Of a DNA stretch of 64,000 nucleotides, positions 18,486 to 27,994 are shown piece after piece. Made by a program: the position numbers and the translations under genes. The number at the start of each line of letters is the position of its first letter. The first letter of the stretch is position 1. The stretch is taken from the NCBI GenBank assembly GCA_047602425.1, contig JASGHG010000001.1, positions 992,001-1,056,000 on the forward strand, in the 5' to 3' direction. The notes beneath the pieces are model-generated. The model had not been told where the DNA came from. It searched no databases and saw only the letters and a list, made by a program, of their open reading frames with translations. Source of the DNA: Nibricoccus sp. GTDB lineage: Bacteria; Verrucomicrobiota; Verrucomicrobiia; Opitutales; Opitutaceae.

Positions 18486-20021
18486 TCAGTCGTGCGCGCA
18501 ACCGGCGCCGAGTTTCGACATCAACATGGCGGACTTGAGCGCATAAGCATGGGTGACGACAACCTGCTCATGGGACTCCACGCCCCCCAACAATTCCTGA
18601 TAGCCGGCCAAACGTGCGCCGAGTTCCACGGCGCGCACCTCGTATAGATCGGCTTCGCGCTTCAAAAAGACGAACGGTTTGCCATCGACATGTTGCACCG
18701 ATGCGGCGGGCACAAGCAGGGCTTTCTCGTTTTTCCGCGAAAGTATCCGCGCGGTGGCAAACATCCGGTCGCGCAGCAAACCGTCGGGATTTTCAAACTC
18801 CGCGCGCGCGCGGCCCAGTCGCGAGTGTTCATCCACCGCCGGACTCACCCACGTGAGTTTCCCGGTGAAAACCTTTCCCGGCAGCGAATCGACCCGCAAT
18901 TCCACGACTTGATTCGCCTCGACATGAGAGAGCGCCCCCTCCGGCACCTGCAACATCGCCCACATCATCGAGCGGTCGGCCAATGTGAAGAGCGGACGGC
19001 CGGCCTCGACCTGCGCGCCGCGCACGGCGTTTCGCTCGACGATTTCGCCGGCAAAGGGCGCACGCACTTCGACGTAGATTGGTTCGTTTTGCTGGTTTCC
19101 GAGCGCATCGATTTGTTCCTCGCTGAAACCAAACGTACGCGCCTGCTGGCAGGCTGCGCGATGGGCGGCCTCGGCTTCCTGCAGCGCTTGCGCCGAAGTC
19201 ACACGATCGGCGCGGAGCTTGCGTTCGCGCTCCAGCGTTTGGTGCGTGAGTACCGCCTTCGCCACGGTCTCGGTGATCGTAGCGGACCAGATTTTTGCCA
19301 CGCTTTGTTGTTCCGCGACCTTATCGCCCAAATCCACGTCCACGCTGTGAACCAGGCCGCTTACTGGCACGGCGATCTGCGCGAACTTGTTCTGGTTAAA
19401 ACTCACCTCCGCGACGCATTCGATGCCATCGGCGGCCAAGCCGGTTTCGGGCGCGGCGGTTTGCACGCCAATCATGCCCGCAGAATTGGCGGAAGGCAGA
19501 CGAACTTGCACGCTTTCGCCGGGCTTAAGCGCCGCCGCCAGTTGCGGCTGACAGATTGCACATTGCGCTTCGGGCACGCCATGCTCGCTGCACATCAAAA
19601 CCGGACCGGTCTGAGCCGTTGGTTTGTTTTTCCGCGCGAGTTCCGGATGACAAAGCATGCATTCGTCTTCGTAGAGCGAATGTTCCTGGCACCAGGCGCG
19701 CTTTTTATCCTGGAGTTCGGGGTGACATTCCCAGCAACGGTCCTCATACCGCGCGTGCTCCTGACACCAAAGGCGGTCCGCTTCACGCAGGCTCGCATCG
19801 CAAATAAAACAAAGTTCCTTCGGCGCGCCATGAGCGGCACACTTCGCCCCGGTCAATGCCACTGGCGCGGGCTGCGCGGCTTGAGTGCTTTTGGCGTGTC
19901 CGTGCCCAGAGTGATCATGGCCGGCATGATCGTCGTGGCCGTCCTGTTTTTTGCAGCCAGCCAGCAAGGCCAGCGCCACAAGCGGAACCGTGATGAAGTG
20001 GAGGGTAAATTTCGTTTTCAT
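18486..20021 (-). CDS. czcB: RND periplasmic adaptor (CzcB-like) lipoprotein with His-rich and 4x Cys/His N-terminal repeats
   Basis: Lipobox LAGC; His tract; VRAPFAGEIVERN and ARAEFENPDGLLR membrane-fusion-protein motifs. Confidence 0.88.
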   Translation of the reverse strand: MKTKFTLHFITVPLVALALLAGCKKQDGHDDHAGHDHSGHGHAKSTQAAQPAPVALTGAKCAAHGAPKELCFICDASLREADRLWCQEHARYEDRCWECHPELQDKKRAWCQEHSLYEDECMLCHPELARKNKPTAQTGPVLMCSEHGVPEAQCAICQPQLAAALKPGESVQVRLPSANSAGMIGVQTAAPETGLAADGIECVAEVSFNQNKFAQIAVPVSGLVHSVDVDLGDKVAEQQSVAKIWSATITETVAKAVLTHQTLERERKLRADRVTSAQALQEAEAAHRAACQQARTFGFSEEQIDALGNQQNEPIYVEVRAPFAGEIVERNAVRGAQVEAGRPLFTLADRSMMWAMLQVPEGALSHVEANQVVELRVDSLPGKVFTGKLTWVSPAVDEHSRLGRARAEFENPDGLLRDRMFATARILSRKNEKALLVPAASVQHVDGKPFVFLKREADLYEVRAVELGARLAGYQELLGGVESHEQVVVTHAYALKSAMLMSKLGAGCAHD

Positions 20022-20042
20022 AAATTGGTGGGTTTTAAAAGT

Positions 20043-21305
20043 TCAAGATTTTGGGGCCGTCGTGATGAGCAATGCTTCGAGTTCGGCGTGCGCCGCATTC
20101 ATTTCTAAAAGTCTAGACTGATAGGTCATCTGCACTTCGGCCGTGGTGCGCTGTGTATCCACGAGATCGGCGAAGCCAAATTTGCCCTCCTCGTAACCGG
20201 CCTGCACCAGACGCAGCGCCTCAACGGCCTTCGGCAAGATCCGTTCGCGGTAACCTTTTACCTGCTGGCATGCGGTTCGGTAACGGCCGGCAGCGTCGGC
20301 CAGGTCGCGCTGAAGTTGGAGTCGCATGGCGTGCAGTTCGGCTTTCGCCACGTTGACATTGGCGCGTGCTTCCTGACGCAGACCCTTGCCGCGATCCAGC
20401 AGCGGAAGCGGCAGGGAAAGGCTGACCTGCCCGATCGACTGGCCCGTTTCGCCCGCTTCACCGGCGGCGACACCGACTTTCACATCGGGATAAGCTTCGA
20501 GTCGCGCGCGGCGACTTTCCAATTCTGCTCGCTCCAGATTGGCTTGCGCCGCACGTATCGCCGGGTGCGTTTCCAGCGCATCGCCATCCGCTCGCGCAAG
20601 CAGGTCGGCGGTGGGCTGCTCGGCCAGTTCGCCGGCCAGCTTCGCATCGACCAAGTCCGGACGCCCCAGCTCCGCTGCCAGCGCCTGCCTCGCCGCAGCG
20701 AGTTCGCGTTGCAAATCTCCCGCTTCGGCCTTCGCCTGTTCGGCCTGCACTTCGGCGCGCAACTGTTCCTGCAAAGGAGCCGCACCGGCTTCCACGCGCT
20801 TGCCCGCCGTCAATGACGAATCGTTCGCCACCGCCAGGAGTTTGGCCGACAGCGCCACCTGACGTTCCAGCGTCAGCACGCGGCAAAATGCGATTTTCAC
20901 GTCGCGCACCAATTCCAAGCGTCGCATGGCGCGTTCGGCCTCGCTGACCTTCACGCCGGCCCCGCCCGCCTGTTTGCCCAGCGAACGCTTGCCTGGGAAT
21001 GGGATTGTCTGGCTCAGGCCAATGGTTCGTTTTGAATCTTTATAGCCGCGACTGCGCAACGGCCAGTCCTCGGCCGCGAGTTCCAGTTCGGGATTGCTCC
21101 ACGCACGCGCCTGAATGGCGCGTCCCGTCGCGGCGTCGATCCGGCCAGAGGCGGCCTGAAGCGTGGGGTTATTTTCCAGGGCGATTTGCAGAGCCGTCTC
21201 CAGAGAAAGTGGCTCCGTCGCCGCTGCGCGGCCAGACAGGGCTGGCACTAGAAGTGCAACGGCGAGCAACAGGGATTTTCGAGAGAAAAGTGAAACGACA
21301 GTCAT
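20043..21305 (-). CDS. czcC: TolC-family outer membrane channel (CzcC-like)
   Basis: LSLETALQIALENNPTL, SNPELEL, LSLPLPLLDRG and GYEEGKFGFADLVD. Start ATG 21305 or TTG 21332. Confidence 0.9.
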   Translation of the reverse strand: MTVVSLFSRKSLLLAVALLVPALSGRAAATEPLSLETALQIALENNPTLQAASGRIDAATGRAIQARAWSNPELELAAEDWPLRSRGYKDSKRTIGLSQTIPFPGKRSLGKQAGGAGVKVSEAERAMRRLELVRDVKIAFCRVLTLERQVALSAKLLAVANDSSLTAGKRVEAGAAPLQEQLRAEVQAEQAKAEAGDLQRELAAARQALAAELGRPDLVDAKLAGELAEQPTADLLARADGDALETHPAIRAAQANLERAELESRRARLEAYPDVKVGVAAGEAGETGQSIGQVSLSLPLPLLDRGKGLRQEARANVNVAKAELHAMRLQLQRDLADAAGRYRTACQQVKGYRERILPKAVEALRLVQAGYEEGKFGFADLVDTQRTTAEVQMTYQSRLLEMNAAHAELEALLITTAPKS

Positions 21306-21414
21306 GATGATTGAAAACAAAGGGTTGTTCAAAGGGAGGGCACAGCGGCGCCCGGCTCGGCTCGCCTATGGCGAACCGCTCAACAGATTCATATGCCCGC
21401 GTTCTTCCGGAACG

Positions 21415-21816
21415 TCAGGCCACCGTCAGCGACGGCGCACGCGGCGGCTGGGCCGCCCGGTGCACAAACTGCCATGTAGGACTAAAATCGGGTGGTCGGT
21501 CGAACGACGCTTTACGTGGCATCGATTTCACCGCCATGGTCTCCTGTGCCGCGCTTTGCTCGATCAAATGGGCCAAAACCGTTAAAACCGGCATCGGCGC
21601 CACGATTTCCGACGAGGTCGGTTGGTAAGTACCGCTCTCGATCGGATTGCAGGCTTCAATGTCGCAGGCGCCACTTGCGCTTTCGCAGCAGCTTTGATGC
21701 GCCGCATGTTCCTCCTGCGCCGCCAGCAATCCCGCCGCCTCGAGCATGCAATGCTGGGCCGTCGGCAGCCAGAGAACCGCCAGCACGAGCGCGAGGATTT
21801 TGCGGAGGGGCAACAC
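21415..21816 (-). CDS. CzcI/DUF2946-like Cys/His leader protein ending in PRAPS
   Basis: N-terminal hydrophobic helix; QHC, HAAHQSCC and two further Cys; C-terminal HRAAQPPRAPSLTVA directly upstream of czcC. Confidence 0.7.
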   Translation of the reverse strand: MLPLRKILALVLAVLWLPTAQHCMLEAAGLLAAQEEHAAHQSCCESASGACDIEACNPIESGTYQPTSSEIVAPMPVLTVLAHLIEQSAAQETMAVKSMPRKASFDRPPDFSPTWQFVHRAAQPPRAPSLTVA

Positions 21817-21937
21817 GGTGGCCAAGAAAACAGCAACCCGCACCAAGTCAACTGGCCTTCCCGAGGGGATTGTTCAAACTGTCAGTATTCGGCCTCGTAA
21901 CTCCCAGATCGACCGCACGTCTCATCCCCATCTTACC

Positions 21938-23212
21938 ATGAACATCTTCCCCCGCCTCCTTTTGCTTCTGGTCGGTTCACTTTTGGCCAGCGTACTCCAC
22001 GCCGAAACAGAGCCGCCGAAGGAGTGGATCGATCCCGACACCGGTCATCGCGTCATCCGCCTGACCGACGAGCCCAATTCCGCCAGCCTTTATTTCAACG
22101 AAAACGGCTACACTCCCGACGGCCGGCAGATGATCTACACCACGCCCGATGGCATTTCCGTCATCGATCTCACCACGTTCAAAACGCGCTCGGTGGTGCA
22201 AGGCCGCGTCCGCGCTATCATCGTTGGACATAAAACTCCGACCGTCTTTTACACAAAAGCCGTCGCGCCCGATCGCCCACGCGAGCGCTCCCTTTTTTCC
22301 ACCAACATCGACACCGGCGAAACACGGAGGCTCGCCGACCTGCCCCCGCGCGGCGGCATCGCCGCCATCAATGCCGACGAAACCCTTGCCGCCGGAACCT
22401 ACATTGTGGGCGACGGCGAGGACTACAACCAACGTCGTGAGGAAATCCCCGCCACACAGGGCCACTCCCTCGAACAGCCCATGAACAAGGGCCAGATGAT
22501 GGAAGCTCGCCTCGCGGCCCGGTTGCCCCTGGTCCTTTTCACCGTCGATCTGCGTACCGGAAAAACGAATACAATCCTTGAGAGTACCGACTGGGTGAAT
22601 CATCTCCTCTTCTCCCCCACCGACCCGACGCTTCTCATGTACTGCCACGAAGGTCCGTGGCAAAAGGTCGACCGCATCTGGACCATTCGCACCGATGGCA
22701 CGCAAAAGACTCTGGTTCACAAACGCACCATGGGCCGAGAAATCGCCGGTCATGAATTTTGGAGCCACGACGGAAAAACTGTCTGGTACGATCTGCAAAC
22801 GCCGCGGGGCGAGGTCTTCTGGGTGGCCGGGCTCAACTTGGAAACCGGCGAACGAACCTGGTACAATCTCCAACGCAACGAATGGTCCATCCATTTCAAC
22901 GTCTCGCCCGACAGCAGCCTCTTCTGTGGCGATGGTGGCGATTCGGGCCAGGTGGCGAAGGCCCCGGATGGCCGGTGGATCTATCTCTTTCGGCCCGAAC
23001 TCATCAACGACACGGGAACTCTCGGCGAAAAACTCATTCATCCCGGTGTCTTCCGTTCCGAGCGCCTCGTCACCATGTCGAAGCACAACTACAAGCTGGA
23101 GCCAAATGTCAGTTTCACGCCCAACCAGAAATTCGTGATTTTCCGCTCCAACATGTTCGGGCCCACCTACGTTTTCGCGGTCGAAGTGGTCCGCGCAGGC
23201 TCGAACAAGTAG
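21938..23212 (+). CDS. Oligogalacturonate lyase-family beta-propeller protein, secreted
   Basis: WIDPDTGHRVIRLT, YCHEGPW, GHEFW and WSIHFN motifs; N-terminal signal peptide. Confidence 0.85.
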   Translation: MNIFPRLLLLLVGSLLASVLHAETEPPKEWIDPDTGHRVIRLTDEPNSASLYFNENGYTPDGRQMIYTTPDGISVIDLTTFKTRSVVQGRVRAIIVGHKTPTVFYTKAVAPDRPRERSLFSTNIDTGETRRLADLPPRGGIAAINADETLAAGTYIVGDGEDYNQRREEIPATQGHSLEQPMNKGQMMEARLAARLPLVLFTVDLRTGKTNTILESTDWVNHLLFSPTDPTLLMYCHEGPWQKVDRIWTIRTDGTQKTLVHKRTMGREIAGHEFWSHDGKTVWYDLQTPRGEVFWVAGLNLETGERTWYNLQRNEWSIHFNVSPDSSLFCGDGGDSGQVAKAPDGRWIYLFRPELINDTGTLGEKLIHPGVFRSERLVTMSKHNYKLEPNVSFTPNQKFVIFRSNMFGPTYVFAVEVVRAGSNK

Positions 23213-23373
23213 CCGTTTCATCCCAGTTATTGTTCGGCCTGGCTGTTATCGCAGGGGCGTAATCTTGTTGCACCCTTCCGGTCGCAAGGCTCACCCCGGC
23301 GCGGCAAGATCGTCCCCGACAAGGAAAACCCGCGCGGGTTTCCGGTCTGTTTTCAGAGGGAAAGAAACGGGAG

Positions 23374-23399
23374 TGTAACGTTTTTGTCTCCGGTGCATC
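23374..23399 (+). promoter_or_regulatory. ECF promoter TGTAAC-N15-GCATC (copy 1)
   Basis: Same boxes and spacing at 24908 and 25635. Confidence 0.75.
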
Positions 23400-23445
23400 T
23401 AATCGTCGCCGTGCTTCATCGTCAAAAACCCTCACCTCATTCCTC

Positions 23446-24789
23446 ATGAAGCACGCAACTCATATTTTCGCCGCCATCGCTGGCGTAGTCGCTTTCGCCG
23501 TATCCGTCCTGCTCTTAGCCGCACCCATCGCTCGCGCGGACAACTTGCACGATGACGCCAATGACTTTGATCGCAGCATTGCTCGCTACAGCGCCCATCT
23601 CTTGCAGAGTGGCCGCGAAATTTTCCGTTACGATACCTTCGGCGACGAAGTTTTCTGGGGCGACGCCCTGAAATTGCACCAGGCAATCGCCGGTGCGGCC
23701 AATGGCGGAGTCGGACCCGGCGTTAGTCCGCAGACCGCTCTCGCTGTAGGTCTTAAGGTCGACCGCGACGCCCTGCCCTATGCGCTGCGCGTGCAGTTGC
23801 AAAAAGGCAAAGTCGATCTGACCGATCCCGCGACAACCCTGGCCTTGCTCAAGCTCGACGCCATTGTCGGTGTGAAAGGGTTTTTTGAGCGCGGCCGGCT
23901 TCGTTCGGTGGGAATTCAATGCGCGCTCTGCCATTCGACGGTGGACAATTCTTTCGCGCCCGGCATCGGTTCGCGCCTCGACGGCTGGCCGAATCGAGAT
24001 CTCAACGTCGGAGCAATCATTGCGCTCGCGCCCGACCTCACGCCGTTCACGCAGGCCCTCGGCGTCGACGATGCGACGGTGCGCACGGTCCTGAACAGCT
24101 GGGGCCGGGGGAAATTCGACGCCGCCTTGATGCTCGACGGAAAAGCGTTTCGTCCTGATGGAAAACCGGCGGCGACGCTTTTGCCGGCAGCATTTGGTTT
24201 GGCTGGCGTGAACCTTCATACCTACACGGGCTGGGGTTCCGTCACGCATTGGAACGCGCTCGTCGCCAATCTTGAGATGGGCGGCCAGGGCACGTTCTAT
24301 GACCCGCGTCTCGCCGATGCGGAAAAATTTCCCATCGCCGCCAAGCTCGGCTCGTTCGACGTGCGTCACGAGCCCGATCGCGTCACTTCGAAACTGCCCG
24401 CGCTGCATGCGTATCAACTTTCGCTGCCAGCGCCCACGCCGCGACGCGATTCCTACAACGGCGCTGCCGCCAATCGCGGCCGGGGTGTTTTCAATGGCAA
24501 AGCCCAATGCGCCACCTGCCATGTGCCGCCCCTTTTCACCGATGCGGGCTGGAATATGCACACGCCAGAGGAAATCGGCATCGACGATTTCCAAGCCAAA
24601 CGTTCGCCCGACGAGCACTACCGCACGACACCGTTGAAGGGCCTGTTTACCCGTGCAGAAGGCGGCTTCTATCATGACGGGCGTTTCGCCGATTATCTCG
24701 CGGTCATTAATCACTACAACGATCACATGAATCTCCAGCTCAACGAGGGTGAAAAGAACGATCTCGTTGAATATCTGAAATCGCTCTGA
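23446..24789 (+). CDS. Secreted di-heme c-type cytochrome with a bCcP/MauG-like C-terminal domain
   Basis: Signal peptide; CALCH and CATCH; RGRGVFNGKAQC, YRTTPLKGL, FYHDGRF and LVEYLKSL. Confidence 0.8.
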   Translation: MKHATHIFAAIAGVVAFAVSVLLLAAPIARADNLHDDANDFDRSIARYSAHLLQSGREIFRYDTFGDEVFWGDALKLHQAIAGAANGGVGPGVSPQTALAVGLKVDRDALPYALRVQLQKGKVDLTDPATTLALLKLDAIVGVKGFFERGRLRSVGIQCALCHSTVDNSFAPGIGSRLDGWPNRDLNVGAIIALAPDLTPFTQALGVDDATVRTVLNSWGRGKFDAALMLDGKAFRPDGKPAATLLPAAFGLAGVNLHTYTGWGSVTHWNALVANLEMGGQGTFYDPRLADAEKFPIAAKLGSFDVRHEPDRVTSKLPALHAYQLSLPAPTPRRDSYNGAAANRGRGVFNGKAQCATCHVPPLFTDAGWNMHTPEEIGIDDFQAKRSPDEHYRTTPLKGLFTRAEGGFYHDGRFADYLAVINHYNDHMNLQLNEGEKNDLVEYLKSL

Positions 24790-24907
24790 GGTTCACCGCC
24801 CAATCGTCGCCGCTAAAATTCGCGCTTCTCAACCCTGACATGGCCACGTCGCCCGGTTTCATGGAGCCCGGGACGACGTGCCGCCGTTTGCAAACGTTGT
24901 CGCCGGA

Positions 24908-24933
24908 TGTAACCTTTTGCGCCGGCCAGCATC
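24908..24933 (+). promoter_or_regulatory. ECF promoter TGTAAC-N15-GCATC (autoregulatory copy)
   Basis: Ends about 10 nt upstream of the sigma ATG at 24944. Confidence 0.75.
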
Positions 24934-24943
24934 CAAGTTCGAA

Positions 24944-25639
24944 ATGTCTTCCGTCGTTCCCCTCTCTTTTTCAAACGTGCCCCGGCCCCAAGCCGACGTT
25001 TCAGACTCGGACGCCGTTAAGAGTGTCATCAGCGGCGATTGCGCGATGTTCGAAATCATTGTGCGCCGCTACAACCTTCGGCTTTACCGCGTGGGCATGG
25101 CTTATCTGCGCAATCATATGCAAACCGAGGATGCGATGCAGAACACTTACCTCAAAGCATTCGTTAAACTGCGCAACTTCGATGGCACGGCTGCGTTTTC
25201 CACTTGGCTGACCCGGATCATGATCAACGAATGCCTGATGCTGCTCCGCGGCCAAAAAAAGTTTCTCTCTGAAAAGATCGAGCCGGATGAACTCGCCTTG
25301 GAACAGGACTCGTCTACTTCTCCCACTCGCGACTCCTCCGACAAGGAGGAAATCAAACACCTCCTCGAACAAGGAATCAACACCCTGTCCCAAACGCATC
25401 GCGCCGTTTATATTCTGCGCGACGTCCAACAACTCAGCACCGCCGACACCGCTTCCTCTCTGGGCATTTCGGAATCGAACGTCAAAGTCTCGCTACATCG
25501 CGCCCGCGAAGAACTGAAAACCCACCTCTTGCAATCAGCGTCGGGGCTGGAACTTTTTGAGTACGCCGCTCCCTACTGCAACGCTATGACAGCTCGTGTC
25601 ATGGGCCAGATCCGCAGCATTGGCCGCCCGGACCTGTAA
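24944..25639 (+). CDS. ECF sigma factor with a short Cys-containing C-terminal extension
   Basis: EDAMQNTYLKAF, FSTWLTRIMINE, SESNVKVSLHRAR; tail ELFEYAAPYCNAMTARVM. Confidence 0.9.
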   Translation: MSSVVPLSFSNVPRPQADVSDSDAVKSVISGDCAMFEIIVRRYNLRLYRVGMAYLRNHMQTEDAMQNTYLKAFVKLRNFDGTAAFSTWLTRIMINECLMLLRGQKKFLSEKIEPDELALEQDSSTSPTRDSSDKEEIKHLLEQGINTLSQTHRAVYILRDVQQLSTADTASSLGISESNVKVSLHRAREELKTHLLQSASGLELFEYAAPYCNAMTARVMGQIRSIGRPDL

Positions 25640-25660
25640 CCTTACATCCGCTCCCGCATC
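25635..25660 (+). promoter_or_regulatory. ECF promoter TGTAAC-N15-GCATC (copy 3, overlapping the sigma stop codon)
   Basis: The TAA stop of the sigma gene lies inside the -35 box. Confidence 0.7.
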
Positions 25661-25692
25661 AAATGAAATGAACAATCATCTCATTTCATCCG

Positions 25693-26031
25693 ATGCTCGT
25701 ACCTGCACTCATTCTCTTCGTCGTCGCCGCAATTCTCGGCCTCACCGTCGCAGTCCAAATCTTTAAGAAAAAGCCGACCGCCAAAGGCGTCGCCCTCGCC
25801 CATGGCGCTTTCGCCGCCGCCGGTCTGATCACACTTGTCCTGTATGCGGCGAAAAATCCGAACCATCTGCTATGGGTAGCAGTTGTCATTCTGGTCGTCG
25901 CGGCTCTCGGTGGCCTGATCCTCTTCATCAACGATATTCGCGGCAAAACAGGCCCGGCGGGACTTGTTGTCGTTCATGCCCTGGCAGCGGTTGCCGCGGT
26001 CGTCATCGTTTTGGTGGTTGCGATCAGATAG
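25693..26031 (+). CDS. Small four-TM membrane protein with two intramembrane His
   Basis: Hydrophobic 112 aa with an internal two-fold repeat (ALAHGAFAAAG / VVVHALAAVAA). Confidence 0.75.
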   Translation: MLVPALILFVVAAILGLTVAVQIFKKKPTAKGVALAHGAFAAAGLITLVLYAAKNPNHLLWVAVVILVVAALGGLILFINDIRGKTGPAGLVVVHALAAVAAVVIVLVVAIR

Positions 26032-26037
26032 GCAATT

Positions 26038-26460
26038 ATGCGCCTGTTGGGACACCCGGTTCATGTGATGCTGATTCACTTTCCCGTCGCGCTGTGGCCG
26101 GCGCACGCGGGCCTGCATATTTTTGCTTCAAAACTCCCGTCGGGCATGGCGGCCGTTACGGGTTTTTGGCTCTTGATCGCGGGTACCGCTCTCGGCTGGC
26201 TGGCTGCGCTCGCGGGCGTGTCGGACCTTCTCGGCATCTTGAAGGAGAATTCGCCGCCGAAAACTTCCCGTGGATTTATCCACGCATCCGTCAACGGCAG
26301 CGTCCTCGTGGCATTCACCACAATCGCCATCATGGAATATGCCCACTTTCCCACGATTTCTCACGGAGCCGCGTTTCTCATCGCCGAAGGGGCGTTGTTG
26401 GCAGCCATGGGCATTGGGAACTTTTTCGGTGGTTCGTTGATCTGGCAGCAGCGAGGGTGA
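26038..26460 (+). CDS. DUF2231-like membrane protein
   Basis: GHPVHVMLIHFPVAL N-terminus, FIHASVN, and GNFFGGSLI C-terminus. Confidence 0.8.
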   Translation: MRLLGHPVHVMLIHFPVALWPAHAGLHIFASKLPSGMAAVTGFWLLIAGTALGWLAALAGVSDLLGILKENSPPKTSRGFIHASVNGSVLVAFTTIAIMEYAHFPTISHGAAFLIAEGALLAAMGIGNFFGGSLIWQQRG

Positions 26461-26614
26461 CTCATTTTCAGTATGCCGCCCAAAACCAGTTTACTGACAA
26501 CAATCTATTACCGATGCCGATTAGTTTGTAACATTTTCGTCCGTTGCGTGTAATAGCTAGGTAGCTTTCAAATGCTCCCGGCTGACGGAAGTTGAACGCA
26601 CCCCTACCGCAACC

Positions 26615-27967
26615 ATGCAATCGGCCAAGTTTTTCCGTCTTCCTTTTACTGCCTCTATTTTTCTCGCTGCTTTGGCTTTCTTTTCGGGCTGCCAGTCATC
26701 CCCCAAGCCCTTCGCCATGCCGGTTGGCTTGTTTCGGGAGATCGGTTATGAAGATGCGGTGAAGCTCTCCCAAACCGAGAACAAACCGCTGTTCCTGCTC
26801 TTCGATGGCGACTGGGCTCACGACCGCGAAAAATTGATCGTCAACACCCTCGCCAATCCGTCCATCTCGCCCCTGCTGCGTGATCGAACCGTCGCGCTGC
26901 GCATCGAAGTTGTCGATCTTCCCGATATCGCCAAAAAACATCATGTCTCCAAGGTCCCGCTCCTTGTGCTGCTTGCTCCCGGTGGCCGCGAAATCAATCG
27001 TTGGTCTGGCGTGCCAAAGCCTCGGGCTTTCGCGAAGGAGTTCGATGCCCTGCTCGCCGGCGCGTCAGCTTCACAGTACAAACGTACGCTAACCAAAGAC
27101 ACAGACCTAGTTGCCCGCCACCAACTCGCCGGCCGGCTTGTCGTCGATGGCGAATATGCTGAAGCGCTGCAGGAACTGCTCTGGCTTTACAACACCGGTA
27201 TCGGCGAAAACAAGCTCATCGAAAAGGATCTACATGTAAGCAGTGTCATCAGAAGCTTGGGCCGACTGAAGGCCAAATTTCCCCCGGCCGCCGACGCGCT
27301 TGTAGCGCTGTGCGACCGGGAGAAACAACACGCACTGCGTTCGCCTAATAATACGACGACGGGCAGAAAGCTGGCCGAAATCCTCCGGGCTCTCGCCGAC
27401 AACGATATCTCACGCGTTCTCGATGGCAAAGTCCTCCCCGATAAAATTGCGGGCGCTATCGTTGAAAACGACAGTTCCCTCGCGGTCTACCGCGAGCTCC
27501 ATCCAGGGAAAGCGCGCGAGCTCGTGAAGAATATGGTCATTATCCCGTGGTTCGTTTCTCGGCATGACTATAAAAGCGCTGCCGACGAATTGCCCCTCAA
27601 CCAAGCCCTCAGCGCAATCGAAGAGATCAAAGAAATGAATATGTTCGGCCGCGGGATGGTGCGCTCAATTCTCTTCCCCGTCGCGGGTACAAAAGTGCCA
27701 GGCCTGATGATCGCAGACCAGCAGCGCCACATTCTGCAAAAACGCGCCATTTATTTCGAGATCTACGCGGGCGCGAACCGCATCGAAGAGGCGCGCGAGG
27801 TCGCCCGCGCCATTCTCAAGAGCGACCGGCTCAAACAAGCCCCCGCCGTGCTGCGCGAGTCCGCCCAAAAAGTCTGCGGTGACCGAACCATAACATTTCT
27901 CCAAGCACTCGCCCTACCGGAGCTTCCGCCGACGGTCACACCGCAAAGCCAACCCGCTCAACCCTGA
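26615..27967 (+). CDS. Lipoprotein with Cys-less thioredoxin-like domain and helical C-terminal region
   Basis: Lipobox FSGC; ENKPLFLLFDGDWAHDREKL replaces WCxxC; cis-Pro motif KVPL retained. Confidence 0.7.
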   Translation: MQSAKFFRLPFTASIFLAALAFFSGCQSSPKPFAMPVGLFREIGYEDAVKLSQTENKPLFLLFDGDWAHDREKLIVNTLANPSISPLLRDRTVALRIEVVDLPDIAKKHHVSKVPLLVLLAPGGREINRWSGVPKPRAFAKEFDALLAGASASQYKRTLTKDTDLVARHQLAGRLVVDGEYAEALQELLWLYNTGIGENKLIEKDLHVSSVIRSLGRLKAKFPPAADALVALCDREKQHALRSPNNTTTGRKLAEILRALADNDISRVLDGKVLPDKIAGAIVENDSSLAVYRELHPGKARELVKNMVIIPWFVSRHDYKSAADELPLNQALSAIEEIKEMNMFGRGMVRSILFPVAGTKVPGLMIADQQRHILQKRAIYFEIYAGANRIEEAREVARAILKSDRLKQAPAVLRESAQKVCGDRTITFLQALALPELPPTVTPQSQPAQP

Positions 27968-27994
27968 AACATCACCGACCAGCGACGTCCAGCC

